From Eledone cirrhosa (Eukaryota): a stretch of DNA of 64,000 nucleotides. The translations under genes were made by a program, and so were the position numbers. Location: positions 95,728,001-95,792,000 of the forward strand of contig OZ024746.1 in the NCBI GenBank assembly GCA_964016885.1, in the 5' to 3' direction. Positions 13,250 to 26,429 of the stretch are shown here, piece by piece (the first letter of the stretch is position 1; each line of letters opens with the position of its first letter). The notes beneath the pieces were generated by a model, which worked only from the letters and a program-made list of their open reading frames with translations, ran no database searches and was not told where the DNA came from.

Positions 13250-15055
13250 TCACCACGGTATTGTGGAAGTTCACAAGCAACCTGATGCAAGACCTAAGGC
13301 CAGGGAGATCCATAGTTATCGCCAATGTGTGAAGGAGTGCAAGTCTCTAGCAGGCTTGAACAGCCATATCCGAGCATCACATATCTGAATCTGACAAGCA
13401 ATTGCAATACTCTTAGCGTTAGTTTGCAACCATCATATCAGTAAATGTGGCTTATCTAAAAGATGATGCCATTAAGGAAGAGCTGGTAAAGAGAATGGAC
13501 AACATTCAATGTGATGATTCTTGAGAAGAGTTCAAAGAGTGTATGAACTCTGCAGGAATGTTCTGAGTTTAGTTGAAAGAGAACATCAAGACTGGTTTGA
13601 TGAGAATAATGAAGAGGTCCAGATGCTTTTAAATGTAATGAACACAGTGCTAATAAAAGAGCTAGCTGGTGGACCAGAAATGAATAAAAATGAAGACTTG
13701 CTCAAGGTAGTGAAGTGTAGGTTTTGTATCATACAAGAAGGACTAAACAGAGGAGATTTAGTCAACCTCTGATTCTTGCAATATAAGGTTACTGTATAAT
13801 GTGTTGTGGGAAGTGTTTGGGCCATCATTGTCTCCAGTTGTATCTCTTCTCACTCAAGGCAGCAAAGAATTGCTTAACCCTTTAGCATCTAAACTGGCCA
13901 TATCTAGCCAGAATTCTCTCACCTCTTTCTGTTCAAACCAGCTACAACTGGCTGCTCATACTAGTAATAAGATATTGTTCTCAAAATAATAACATCAAAA
14001 TCTCATAGATTTGATAATATGTGAGGTAAAGCTTTGACCACAAAAATACAATACTATATACAGAGTAATGTAAATGCTAAAAGTTTAAGGACCTCAAAAG
14101 ATATTCTTGTCAGGTGATGTGAACACTTTGACAGACCTTTGAATAGCCTCTCTGAGGTTGATAACGAATTTTTCAATACCATCCCCTGCAGTCCCACCAG
14201 ATGTGTAATAGCAGAAACTCTTTCCCTACAGGAAGTCCAAACTACTTTGAAAAAAAATGAATAGTGGTAACTCATCTGGGATGGATGGCATCCACTGGAA
14301 AATGTACATGAGTGACACGGATGTCCTCAAACACAGTCAGTCTATCAGTATAGAGCAGCGTTTCTCAACCGGTGTTCCCCGAAACCCTAGGATTCTGCAA
14401 GAGGTCGCTAGGGGTTCCGCGAGAACCAGTGATAAATAAACTAATGTATTTTAAAAAGTAATTTTTGTTTAATTTTATATTCATAATTTTACTATACATT
14501 TACGGCATATTGTCAGAAAATCCTTGTTTATTTTAAGAAAGGCTTCAACCTCTTATATTATTTAAAACTAGGTCAATATAAGAGATAGATATTAATAATG
14601 GTATATAATAATTTTTATGTAGGGGTTCCCTGAGACATGACCCTATTTCAAGGGTTCCACAAGGGTAAAAAGATTGACAAACGCTGGTATAGAGTCTCTC
14701 ATATTTCAGCATTGATTACAAGGGAGTGGTCATGTAGAGAGAATAAATGATGACCACACCCCTAAGCAGTTCCTGTACAGTGAGTTAGTCGAAGGTTCAT
14801 GATTGGCGCACAAACCAAAATTGAGTTACAAGAATGGCATTAAAAACACACTAAGGTAGATAAGAATAGGAGAATGGTTGGGAGAACCTTGCTCTAGATT
14901 GCCTTCCTGGAGGAAGGCAATGCATGATAGAAACAAGCAGTGTGCTTGTAAGGGCCTTTATAATATCTTGGCATGCTGGTCAAATTGACTTGTGAAGAAT
15001 GTGGCCGGTTATGTCTAAGTAAGGTTATCTTGTATCTGTGGAGGATCATGTACTT
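13250..15055 (+). mobile_element. Internally deleted RTE LINE interrupted by two MITEs
   Basis: REHQDWFDENNEEVQ; EHF...LQEVQTTLKKMNSGNSSGMDGI; GHVERINDDHTPKQFLYSEL; CEECGRLCLS. The RT core is missing. Confidence 0.75.
14356..14686. mobile_element. hAT (Charlie-like) MITE with 8-bp TSD
   Basis: TIRs CAGCGTTTCTCAACC / ATTGACAAACGCTG; perfect TSD GTATAGAG at 14348-55 and 14687-94. Confidence 0.92.
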
Positions 15056-15173
15056 AAATAAAAATACATATAAATACATTCAAATATCTATGTGTGTATG
15101 TATACACACATACACTCACAATCACACATACAAACCCTCACATATATATCATCATTATTATCATCATTGATGA

Positions 15174-15359
15174 GGGCGGTGAATTGGCAGTATTGGTAGA
15201 GGGTCAAACATGCTTTCCAGTGTAGTTACATCCCTTTATGATCTGAGTTCAAATCCCGCCGAGGTTAACTTTGCCTTTCATCCTTATGAGGTCGATAAAA
15301 TAAAGTACTAGTAATGTACTGGAGTAATTGCTGGCCTTGTGCCAAAAGTAGAAACAATT
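15174..15359 (+). mobile_element. Young tRNA-derived SINE (other copies: 17390-17580, 21906-22113 -, 22123-22309 -, 22569-22753, 26039-26230, 26239-26428, 34622-34811 -; 3' parts at 6938-7040 and 25046-25111)
   Basis: GGCGGTG(G/A)ATTGGCAGTATCGG A box, GAGTTCAAATCC B box, tail GCCAAAAGTAGAAACAATT; copies are highly similar. Confidence 0.9.
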
Positions 15360-15633
15360 TTACATCCACTTTTCCATGCTTGTATATATACGTAATATAT
15401 ATGCCGGTGGACAAGTTGATCTGGCACATAGGTTGACCCCTAAAATTCTGAGATGTAATTCAGTTTTAGCCCTATATTTGCTGGATAAGATGAACCCCCA
15501 AAATAAGGCAGTTGCAGGGGAAATAATTAACAAAATTAGTGGTATGCTAAAGGTTAAGACACTTCTGAAACACTTCAGTAGCAAATGAGTTCTAACTCAC
15601 TGAGTAAATCACCCTAACCTAACCTTAACAATC

Positions 15634-16376
15634 CTATGGTAACCTACGCTATGGTAACCTACCCTATGGTAACCTACCCTATGGTAACCTACCCTATGGT
15701 AACCTACTCTATGGTAACCTACCCTATGGTAACCTACCCTATGGTAACCTACTCTATGGTAACCTACCCTATGGTAACCTACCCTATGGTAACCTACCCT
15801 ACAGTAACCTACCCTATGGTAACCTACCCTACGGTAACCTACCCTATGGTAACCTACTCTATGGTAACCTACCCTATGGTAACCTACCCTATGGTAACCT
15901 ACCCTACAGTAACCTACCCTATGGAAACCTACCCTACGGTAACCTACCCTACAGTAACCTACCCTATGGTAACCTACCCTATGGTAACCTACCCTACAGT
16001 AACCTACCCTATGGTAACCTACCCTACGGTAACCTACCCTATGGTAACCTACCCTACGGTAACCTACCCTATGGTAACCTACCCTACAGTAACCTACCCT
16101 ATGGTAACCTACCCTATGGTAACCTACCCTATGGTAACCTACCCTATGGTAACCTACCCTACGGTAACCTACCCTATGGTAACCTACCCTATGGTAACCT
16201 ACTCTATGGTAACCTGCCCTATGGTAACCTACCCTATGGTAACCAACCCTATAGTAACCTACCCTATGGTAACCTACCCTATGGAAACCTACTCTATGGT
16301 AACCTGCCCTATGGTAACCTACCCTATGGTAACCAACCCTATAGTAACCTACCCTATGGTAACCGACCCTATGGTA
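15634..16376. repeat. 15-bp minisatellite (atggtaacctaccct), ~49 copies
   Basis: Seen directly; it explains the MVTYP ORF. Confidence 0.95.
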
Positions 16377-16384
16377 GGTTACTA

Positions 16385-16522
16385 TAGGGACCCCAGTCCT
16401 ATCATATCATTAGCTGAGTAAACTGGAGCAATGTGAAATAGAGTGTCTTGTTCAAGGAAACAACACATCACCCGGTCTGAGAATTGAACTCACAACCTTT
16501 CGATTGCAAGGCCAATGCTCTA

Positions 16523-16525
<3 letters not shown>
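16385..16525 (-). mobile_element. CORE-like tRNA SINE (family also at ~6813-7300, 21275-21460, 24680-25020 -, 25555-25700 -, 30700-30857 -, 31340-31465, 32515-32650 -, 34095-34335 -)
   Basis: Reverse strand GAGTTCAATTC B box followed by TTCCTTGAACAAGACAC...CACATTGCTCCAGTTTACTCAGCT. Confidence 0.75.
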
Positions 16526-16606
<81 letters not shown>

Positions 16607-17872
16607 GAAGTTTGAAAGCCAAGACAATGTGAAATGGATGAACAAGAAAATAAGATGGAACAAAATGTTATGTGTACCTTATTTATGTCCTGATATTTCG
16701 AGATAAAATCTCTTCTGAGAGGAATAGCAAGGGACTCGTCTGGGTATGGCAAAATGCACTAGACCATGCTGCTGTAAGTAGTGGATATAGGGCTCTATCC
16801 ATCTTTTTAAATTATATTAGAGGTCTTGAGAGGTCAATAGGGCACAGAGTTATTCCCCTTTAAATCTATACACACACACACACACATATATATATACACA
16901 CATACACACACATGCAGACACAAGTGCATACACCTATATGTGTGTATATATAAGAATGTACACTAATACTTATGCACATACACATGTTCTCACAGATAAA
17001 TAGCTTGAGAAGCGTATGTCTGCTTGCACAAGCAAACATGCCCTCACACACGCACATACACACATACGCACACACACACATATATATATGTACACACACA
17101 CATGTATATATACACTTAGGTACATAAGTATGCACCTGCACGCATACATGCAGTCACACATATGGGTACCTCCATATATAAAGTTCTGTGGTCTTCTAAG
17201 TTAAGTATTATTTGTCTAATTGTATATTAACCTTTTAGCATTTAAACCAGCCATATCCAGCCAGAACTCTCTCACTTCTTTCTGTTCAAACTGGCTGTAA
17301 CCAGTCACTCATACTAACATTAAGGTATTATTCTCAAAATAAATATCATCAAAATCTCATAGATTCGATATTATGTGAGATGGATATTATGGCGGTGGAT
17401 TGGCAGTATCGGTAGAGAGTCAGACACCATGCTTTGAAGCATAGAGTTACGTCCCTTTATGATCTGAGTTCAAATCCCGCCGAGGTTAACTTTGCCTTTC
17501 ATCCTTACAGGGTCGATAAAATAAAGTACCAGTAATGCACTGGGTAATTGCTGGCCTTGTGCCAAAAAGTAGAAACAATTATGTGAGATAATCATGTAAG
17601 ATAAAGCATTTACTGAGAAAATACAATATATATATAGAGTAATGTAAATGCTAAAGGGTTAAGTATTGTGTGCTTAGTCTATTATTGATATGCAGGTATG
17701 TTCTGGCTACAATTAGCGCTTCTTTTATTCTTAAATTACCTACATTTCCTGTCTTTGGCTTCTACCGTAACTGCTATATTTTTGTCTGCTTTTACATTTC
17801 TTTAAGTGTTTTTTGAATGAGGAAGCATTTGTATTGAAGTGTTCCTTAGTCCTGCTGTGTAGGTGTCTTGTG

Positions 17873-18217
17873 GTGAACGACCAAGCATGGACGAGTTGAT
17901 AAAGAAACTGGGTATAAGAGGGATAAGTTAGGGTGTGCAGGAGAGAAGGCTGAGATGGTATGGACATATGATGCGCATGGAGGATGACCAATGGGTAAAG
18001 AAGTGCCAAGAAATCCCAGTAGAAAGAAGACGCAGTAGAGGTAGACCATGTAAAACATGGGCGGAGGTGGTGAGAGCAGACCTTAGATCGCTGAAACTCA
18101 CTGAGGAGATGACGAAGGACCGTGACAAGTGGAGAGATGCTGTGCTGAATAGGACCCGTCCAACCCTTGCAAGCAGGGAAAAGCGGACGTAAAATGATGA
18201 TGATGATGATGATGATG
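17873..18217 (+). mobile_element. Well-preserved RTE LINE 3' end inserted in a Penelope-like element
   Basis: ERRLRWYGHMMRMEDD...RGRPCKTWAEVVRADL...DRDKWR, then (GAT)n. Confidence 0.85.
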
Positions 18218-19010
18218 ACTTGGTACATGACGTATGCTTGCTGGCATATGTCTGTGTCACTGATTGGGCAGTTAGCCTGCACGCAGTATCTGTTGTGGTC
18301 TCTGGGTTGTTACCTGGATAGTTCATGTAGTGAAGGGCTAGAGTGGGCTAGTTGTAGATCTAGTCCCTCTCTTCGGATGGCTTTGCAGAAAGCTGTTGTT
18401 GTATCATCACTGAAGTGTGGCAGCTTCAGGAAGCAGGTGTTGATGGAGGCCATGTTTCAACTGCAGTATTTATTGTTTCTAACGCAGCTCATGGTGGATG
18501 TCAGGTATCCATTTAACTTCAGCACTTCCAAGAAGTGTGTGGTGTGTGTGCTTTGGATCCCTGTATTTTGGATATGTCTAAGTTCATTCCTTATGTATCT
18601 GGACTTGGCACCAAAGAAGAGGGCTGATTTATAATGGATGAACAGATCCCTGCTGGTGGCTTTTCTATAGAAGCTGGAGTGGATGCTGCCTTCTTCTGTT
18701 ATCCTGAGCTGGAAGTGAAGCTCGGAAAGGGATCCAGTGTCATTGGGGTGTTCCATGCTGAACCTTATGTAAACATCCATGCTGGAGAACATTGTGTATA
18801 TCCTGTCTGCCTCTTCATGGGATGGTGTTAGGATGAGTATGTCATCTCCATATTGGATGAAGAAGGCACAGGAGCAGCAGGTATTGAGGGCCTGATGTTC
18901 TAGCTGGTTCATATAAGTAATGGCCGGATAGGCTGGATCCCATGGGTAATCCTTTTGTTTGTTTGTATGTGTGGTGGTGGAAGGTGAAGTAGGTATCATC
19001 CACTGTGGGG
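18218..19010 (-). mobile_element. Penelope-like element reverse transcriptase fragment
   Basis: YGDDIL (YVDD-like), FSMEH, FYRKATSRDLFIHYKSA, typical of the PLE RT thumb region. Confidence 0.8.
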
Positions 19011-19064
19011 GTTAGGAGCTGGCATATGTCTGCTGGGTGTAACCCTGTTATGTAATTCTGTGGA

Positions 19065-19141
19065 AGTTGCCTGATGACACCGTCCTACCTTGCATCATGT
19101 TTGGATGATGGAGCTGGGCCATTGAAATATATATAGGAATT
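19065..19141 (+). ncRNA. Minimal type I hammerhead ribozyme motif (decayed), next to the Penelope RT
   Basis: agttgc-CTGATGA-(stem II with catcat/atgatg)-GAAA-tatata-TA-ggaatt. Confidence 0.55.
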
Positions 19142-19472
19142 AAAATGTTTAAGCAAATCTTTCTAGTCTGGTCTTTTGTTGTTTAATAACTATACCTACC
19201 CGTGCTAGCATCGAAAATGGACGTTAAATGATGATGGTAATGATGATATACAAATATATATATATATGTGTCTGTGTTTACATTTACAATTTGTATATTT
19301 TCTGTAATTTGGTAGTTTAACAAACATCAAATAAAATAAGTACCAGACTTGGAAAAAAAAAAAATATTCGAGCTGATGTGATTGGCTAAAAATCATTTCA
19401 AGGTGTGTGAGGGGGGGGGGGGGTTGTGTCCCAGCATGGAGGGTATGTGGAATTGAAGCATGTCCTCATATG

Positions 19473-20081
19473 CAGGACTGGATTTTGACTGACCTTGGAG
19501 GGCCTTAGGCACTTCAGGTTTGGGGGACCCTCATACACAAAAAATTATTATATTCATGAAACCCCCAATTTTACCTATGAAAGTCGGCTGGGGCAAGTAG
19601 CTGGAATTGAAATATTATACATACAGGTATTAAATTTAAAAAAATCTAACCATCCTCATTTTACTTCCACTTTCCACACCGATATATGTTGGATGGGTTG
19701 TCGCAGTCCGAGACCAGATATATTGGAGTGACCTCATCTTGCTCATACATTACATATTTGGCATGGTTTCTATGGCTGGAAGCCCTTCCTAACATAACCA
19801 CTTTAGAGTGTTTACTCGGTATATATTTTTTGCGATACCACTTTACACAGTGACATCAACAATAACTGATGTCTCTAAAGTTGAGAAAATTTGATGAATT
19901 TTGCCATAGTAAGGACATTAATTACTTTTTGTTAAAAATATAGTTCTCATTGTCAAAAGCATAAAAGTAAAAATCCCAGCAGAGGGCACAAATAAATGGC
20001 CACAGTTGTTGCTTGTGAGGCCCCCTGCTGCAAGGGCCCCAGGGTAATTGCCTCCTTTGCCCCCCATTAAATCTGGTCCTG
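19473..20081. mobile_element. hAT-like MITE (CAGGGCCGGATTTA-type TIR) carrying a nested SINE; relatives at 28835-~29770 and 43185-43500
   Basis: caggactggatttt ... taaatctggtcctg termini; internal homology among the three copies; no clear TSD. Confidence 0.7.
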
Positions 20082-22376
20082 CCAGCATGGCCACAGAAAA
20101 GGGTAAAAGAGTAAAAAGACTGCAGTGTTGAGAAACAGTTAAAATTCCACATGTGACAAGAGAACTTGACCCTGACACTGAAGCAGTTGTATGTCAATGA
20201 AGAAAGAAATCAATAATTTACATCATACCTTTAATTGAACACTTCAAGTAATATTTATTTGTTTTTGTTTTAGTTGTTGTTTTGTTAATCTGTATCTCTC
20301 TTGCATTATGTCTGAGAATGTAATTGAGATCAGTGATGAAAAATAACTAAAGACACATTTGATCTTTCATTCATTTTACATGTTAGCATTTATTTGTTGT
20401 TGTTTTAAAGAGGGCATTCAGTTTATTTGTTTTGAACAGAACTAAAAAAAAATGATTAATACAGAGTCAGCAAAGAGGAAAAGTTAAAGAATTGTCAGGG
20501 AAATATTTGTTTCTAGATCTCTATAATTAAAAATAATATAGACAGACAGAGTGTGTAAACATTAGCTTTTAGATCTAATGTTTATAATATTCATTGTATT
20601 TCACTGTTGCGTTTTGATGTTTGTAATCTTAACTCAGTGATAGGTTAACAAGATACTTTACAATGTTTACCTCCTTATCTTGTAATTTCAAATTCAAAGG
20701 ACTGAAGTCAGCTTAACCTGATGTAATAAATATCAATAAAATTCTGTTCTTGAAGTACTTATCTTTTCCACTTCTTTCATTAAATATCCAACTTAGATAC
20801 CTTTAATAGAGCCCACTCTGTTTCAAGTATTCAGGACAGGTCTTTGGTTTCAAGATATTTTCCTCCCTCTCTGCCACCAGCTTTGGATGTGTCATGATCA
20901 CTGCTCAAATAGAAATAATAAATACTGGTCCAGACAATTCAAAACCTATTTTAACCCTTTAACATTTAAAAGTGCTGTATCCGGCAAACATTCTGCCCCC
21001 TTTTTGAAACTTGCTGTAACTAGCAGCTCACACTGATAAGACGATATCGTTCTTAAAATAAATAATAACAACATCAAAATTTTGTAGACTCGATATTATG
21101 TGAAATAATTATGTGAAATAGTAAATACAGAGTAATGTAAATGCTAAAGGGTTAAGTGGGTCTGATATAAATGGTAGTGGATTTTGTGGTTGTTATGTTA
21201 TATTGAGTGAAAGTGCGAATCTTAGTGTTTTGAATATTGGACTTATGATTGTAATTTCTCAAACTGGTTGATGCTTTTTGTTCTTGAGCAAAGCACTTCC
21301 TTTCACATTGCTCCAGTCAACTCAGCTGTAAATAAGTACCATCAGCAACTAGGGTATTAATCCTGCGATGGAAAGGTATCCTGTCCAGGGGAGTCTTGTA
21401 TTCTCAGTCACTTAACCCCAATAAAACTTAGATAAGCTCCAGCCTGATGAGTCTCTGGCTTAAAGCAAACTTTTTTTTTGTGACCTTTGTAAATGATTCC
21501 TATTTGAAAAAATCTTTCATTGGTAAGCAGAGCCCTATATTCAAGAAATTGTATTTAGGTGTTGTTATTTTTTTTTTTTTTTTTTCGTTCTTCACATAAA
21601 ATTCTAGACATTATGGTTTTCGATAACATTGGGGACAAGTGACGTTGTTTTTGGTCTTGTCATGAAATTCTGGACATTGTGGTCTTTGATAGCATTGTTT
21701 TTACCTGCAGAACTTGGCACTATTTGTGAAGGGCTTATTTATAACGTCCCTTGTAATGTTGGTTTGGTTTCTCTTCCTAGTATTATTGTGGAAGATTTTT
21801 GCTGCTGTGATGGCTTAATTTTGGGCTCGTGATCATAATATCAGGGGTTTGATTCTCAGAGTTACCAACAACTTAATTTTACATTGCTTCAATCAACTCA
21901 ACTAATAATTGTTTCTACTTTTGGCACAAGGCCAGCAATTATCCCAGTGTATTACTGGTGCTTTATTTTATCGACCCTGTAAAGATGAAAGCCAAAGTTA
22001 ACCTCGGTGGGATTTGAACTCAGACCATAAAGGGCCATAACTCTTTGCTGCAAAGCACTCTTTGCTGCAAAGCATGGCGTCAAACCCTCTACCGATACTC
22101 CCAATCCACCACCCTCAACTAATAATTGTTTCTACATTTGGCACAAGCCATCAATTACCCAGTACATTACTGGTACTTTATTTTATCGACCCCGTAAGGA
22201 TGAAAGGCAAAGTTAACCTCGGTGGGATTTGAACTCAGTCTGTAAAGGGACGTAACTATGCTAGAAAGCATGGCTTCCAACCTTCTACCGATACTGCCAA
22301 TCCACCACCCTCAACTAATAATAAGTAATAGTTACATCTGGAAGTTAAGCCTGCACGGGACAGGTGTCTCAGCTGC

Positions 22377-22805
22377 TTAAACCTTTAGTTACCAACCCAG
22401 CCAAAACTGGCTCTGGTTCTATAAAATTAAACAACCTATTTTAAAGGTTTGCAATTTAAATTAAAATCTTCCAACATAATTTTATATAAGAACCTTACAT
22501 TAAGTTACTATCTTAGTAAAGAAATAATTAATAATTTTAGTAAATCCCTCAAAATTCTTCATTAATTAGTGAATTGGCAGTATCGGTAGAGGGTTGGATG
22601 CCATGCTTTGATGCATAGAGTTACGGCCCTTGCCATTCTGAGTTCAAATCCCGCCGAGGTTAACTTTGCCTTTCATCCTTACGGGGTCGATAAAATAAAG
22701 TACCAGTAATGCACTGGGTAATTGCTGGCCTTGTGCCAAAAGTAGAAACAATTAATTAATTGAAATAGAGTGTATTTCATTATAAGTGCTGTCATGAAAG
22801 GTTTA
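22377..22805. mobile_element. piggyBac-type MITE family B with an inserted SINE (other copies: 40265-40501, 40504-40714, 42084-42323; partial 42320-42495)
   Basis: Family consensus TTAA-CCCTTTAGTTACCAACCCAGCC...CATGAAAGGG-TTAA. Confidence 0.8.
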
Positions 22806-24057
22806 ATAATAATCATATTGGAATTAAAAACAGCAACTACATATGATTTAAACCTGCAACTACATATGCCAAAAATATATGAAACTTTTTTTAAAGATTC
22901 ATCATTATTACATAAAGGAATTTATTTGTTTTAAATATATCCATAAGTTACATTACAAAGTGTTCACAATTCTGTTAGAATGAAAATATAAACATATATA
23001 ATAAATATGATTAATTATTGCTAGGAACCTTACAGATATAATGCCCCAAAATATATGATCAGAGTGAGAGAAAGAAAAAGGGAAGAAACAAAGCCAAAAG
23101 CAACCATCAGTTCACCAAGTACAACTATTGGCCACACATGGGCCAACGGAATATTTTGAGGCAAGCTCTCAGCATTACCACGGCTGATGGCAAGGCTAAG
23201 GTGCTGAAACAACCATGCACCCTCAGTAAGGCAAGCCACCAATGATATGTTCAGCAAAAAGTAAAGGAGTTTTGTTTAGACGCAATATATTCTGAATGAT
23301 TTAAAAACGTCGTAGTTACATGTCAACTTTAAACATCTTTAGTCATTCTAATCAATACATAATAGATCAACAATATCATTAACTACCTAGGATTAAAACT
23401 GATCATTAATTCTGAGTTAGATATTGAAAGAAGGTTAGAATGACACTGTTCTCATATAATTACATCTTAGCAAATTAATTGATTGCTAAACATACACAAT
23501 CATTACTGCACCAGTTTAGTCTTAAATATATTTAGAAGGATAAGGGTAGAGATGCCATACCTCCTTGTGGAGTCATAGAGGCACTGTCAAATGGTGTGTC
23601 TAGGGCACTTTTAAACCTGGCGGAACCCAACCCTCTCCCGGTCTGAACACAGACGATTTTTTCTATAGAGGAAGAATCAACTGCAGTACTGGACTGGTAC
23701 TTTTTTTTATCGACCTCGAAAGGATGAAATGCAAAGTTGACTATGGCAGGATTTGAACTCAGAATAACGTAAAGCATTTTATCTGACTTCTTAACAACTC
23801 TGTAATCCGCCGCCTTATATTTAGAAGACTAGAAACTTAAAGAAAATTATTTGTTTTTAATATAACCTTTAGAGAAGTTCATCTACATTTAATAATTGCT
23901 GGTCTTAGATTAAAAATATGACGGGGGTAAAACTGATGTTTCTATTAAAATATAGTAGGCAAAAACTTGGAAGGAGTTTAAAAAGGATTCGGTTTTTGAA
24001 AAGCGAAGGAAAATTATTATATATATTAGTTTAGTGCTTGCTATAGTTAGAAAAGTG

Positions 24058-24093
24058 TCTTGATGTTTCAGATGTTTGTCCTTCATCAGAAGA
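24058..24093 (-). ncRNA. Minimal hammerhead ribozyme motif
   Basis: Reverse strand tctt-CTGATGA-aggacaaacatct-GAAA-ca-TC-aaga; compare PLE-type GAAACGTC after CpG decay. Confidence 0.55.
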
Positions 24094-24228
24094 TTGAATG
24101 TTAGATAGAAGAAGAAATAAAAGGATATATGAGAGTAAGAAAAGGAAGAAATATAATTTGTTTTTAATGAGGAAAGTATGTATGTGTTTAGTTGGCTACA
24201 CACATACACACACTCAGACACATGTGTG

Positions 24229-24325
<97 letters not shown>

Positions 24326-25798
24326 TCACACATGTAAATATAAATGTGGTTGGCATTAGGAAGGGTATCCAGCCATAGAAAGCAAGCCCAAAACAGCCCT
24401 ATATGAGCAAGACACAGTCACCTGACTCAACTTGCCTCAAATGGGACAACCCATGCTAGCATGAAAAATGGAGGTTAAACAATGATGATGATGATATACA
24501 CAATCTTGGGGAAAACTGAAAGTGAAAAGAGTATGAAATAGAAAAGCAGATACAACTGCTGAAAGGGTAAGAGAGAATATTACAGTAGCACAAGAGATGG
24601 AAGGAAAATATATATCTATATACTACTGTGGATATTGAAAGGAAAGTTTATCTCTTACAAGTTTGTTTTGAGCCGAAGGCTGATCAGGCTGGTGTGTATC
24701 CTTGGTTTCCTTGGTGTTAAATGACTGAGAGTACAAGACTTTCCCTGGATAGGATGCCGGTCTATCACAGGATTAGCTTCCCAGATACTGCTGGTACTCA
24801 CTCTTAGCTGAGTATACTAGAGGTCCATCAGGCCGGTGCTTATCCCAAGTTTCCTTGATGCTAAAAGACTGAGGGTGCAAGACTCTCCCTGGATAGGATG
24901 CTGGTCTATCGCAGGATTAACTTCCCAGCTACTGCTGGTACTCACTCTCAGCTGAGTATACTGGAGCGATGTGAAATAAAGTGTTTTGCTCAAGAACACA
25001 ACTCAGCAGCCTGTCCAGTAATTGAATCAATGACATTATTATCATCGATAAAATAAAGTACCAGTAATGCACTGGGTAATTGCTGGCCTTGTGCCAAAAG
25101 TAGAAACAATTATTATCATACGGCAAGCATGCTAACCATATGAATGTGGTATATATCATCATCATCATCATTTCATGTCAGTTTTCCATGTTGGCATGTG
25201 TTGGAATGATAGTTACAGTTCAAGTCAGTTTCAATTTTGAGTTACTGCCTTCCTAGAGAGGTTAGGAGGTGGGGGATATATTATACTCATATGAGTTGAT
25301 GACAAAGGACTACGACATGTGGAGAGATGCCGTGCTGAGAAGGACCTGTCCAACCCATGTAAACATGGAAAAACAAATGTAAAAACGATGATCTTTATGA
25401 TGATGATGATGATGATGTTCCAAGTTTTGGTGTGGTTTCTATGGCTTGTCATAACCTTGATAATTCTAAAGAGTTTTCTTTATCCTACGTTGTTTCTGTT
25501 CAATTATCAACCCCTTTATAAAGTGTCTAAAAAGTTTAAAGTCTATCTAGAACCATCAAGTTCATCAGGCTGGTGGTTACCCCAGTTTCTTGTACTCTCA
25601 GTTGCATGAAGCAACTGAGAGTACAAGACTCCCCCTGGACAGGAGGCCGGTCCATTGCAGGGTTTAGTCCCTAGCTATTGCTGGTTCTCATTTTCAACCA
25701 AGAGGTCCTCTCAAATCCTATATTATCTCCACTCAATTGCCATTAGTTTATTTAAGTAAATAGTTATCACATTTTTCTGATAAGGTATACCACTTAAT

Positions 25799-25829
<31 letters not shown>

Positions 25830-26429
25830 CCGTTTAACATCTATCTTCCACGCTAGCATGGGTTTAGACGGGAATTGTCCCACTTGAGGCAAGATTGGTC
25901 GTCTCGCTCGTATGGTGGGTTTTCTACAGCTGGATGCCCTTCCTAACACCAACCACGTTTACAGACACTGGTCATTTGCAGCTAAAATGAAGCCCTCACT
26001 CTCAGCCTTATTATTATTGTTAATATAATTATTATAAAGGGCGGTGGATTGGCAGTATCGGTAGAGGGTTGGACGCCAAGCTTTTGTAGCAAAGAGTTAC
26101 GGCCCTTTATGATCTGAGTTCAAATCCCGCCGAGGTTATCTTTGCCTTTCATCCTTACGGGGTTGATAAAATAAAGTACCAGTAATACACTGGGACAATT
26201 GCTGGCCGTGTGCCAAAAGTAGAAACAATTATTGTTAGGGCGGTGGATTGGCAGTATCGGCAGAGCATCAGACACCATGCTTTGCAGCATAAAGTTATGG
26301 CCTTTTATGTTCTGAGTTCAAATCCCGATGAGGTGAACTTTGCCTTTCATCCTTACGGGGTCGATAAAATAAAGTACCAGTAATGCACTGGGTAATTGCT
26401 GGCCTTGTGCCAAAAGTAGCAACAATTAT

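Noticed and set aside
15636-16421. 261-aa MVTYP ORF
   Set aside because: Stop-free 15-bp minisatellite running into a SINE; no gene context.
16685-16727. Hammerhead-like relic on the - strand (tcct-ctcagaa-gagattttatctc-GAAA-ta-TC-agga)
   Set aside because: Two mismatches in the CUGANGA core; too degenerate to call.
21440-21460. CTGATGA/TCATCAG in SINE tails (also 25562, 32521, 34100)
   Set aside because: Part of the SINE 3' region; no downstream hammerhead elements.
151-26428. tRNA genes at A/B-box sequences
   Set aside because: These are SINE heads without a full cloverleaf, each followed by SINE body and tail.
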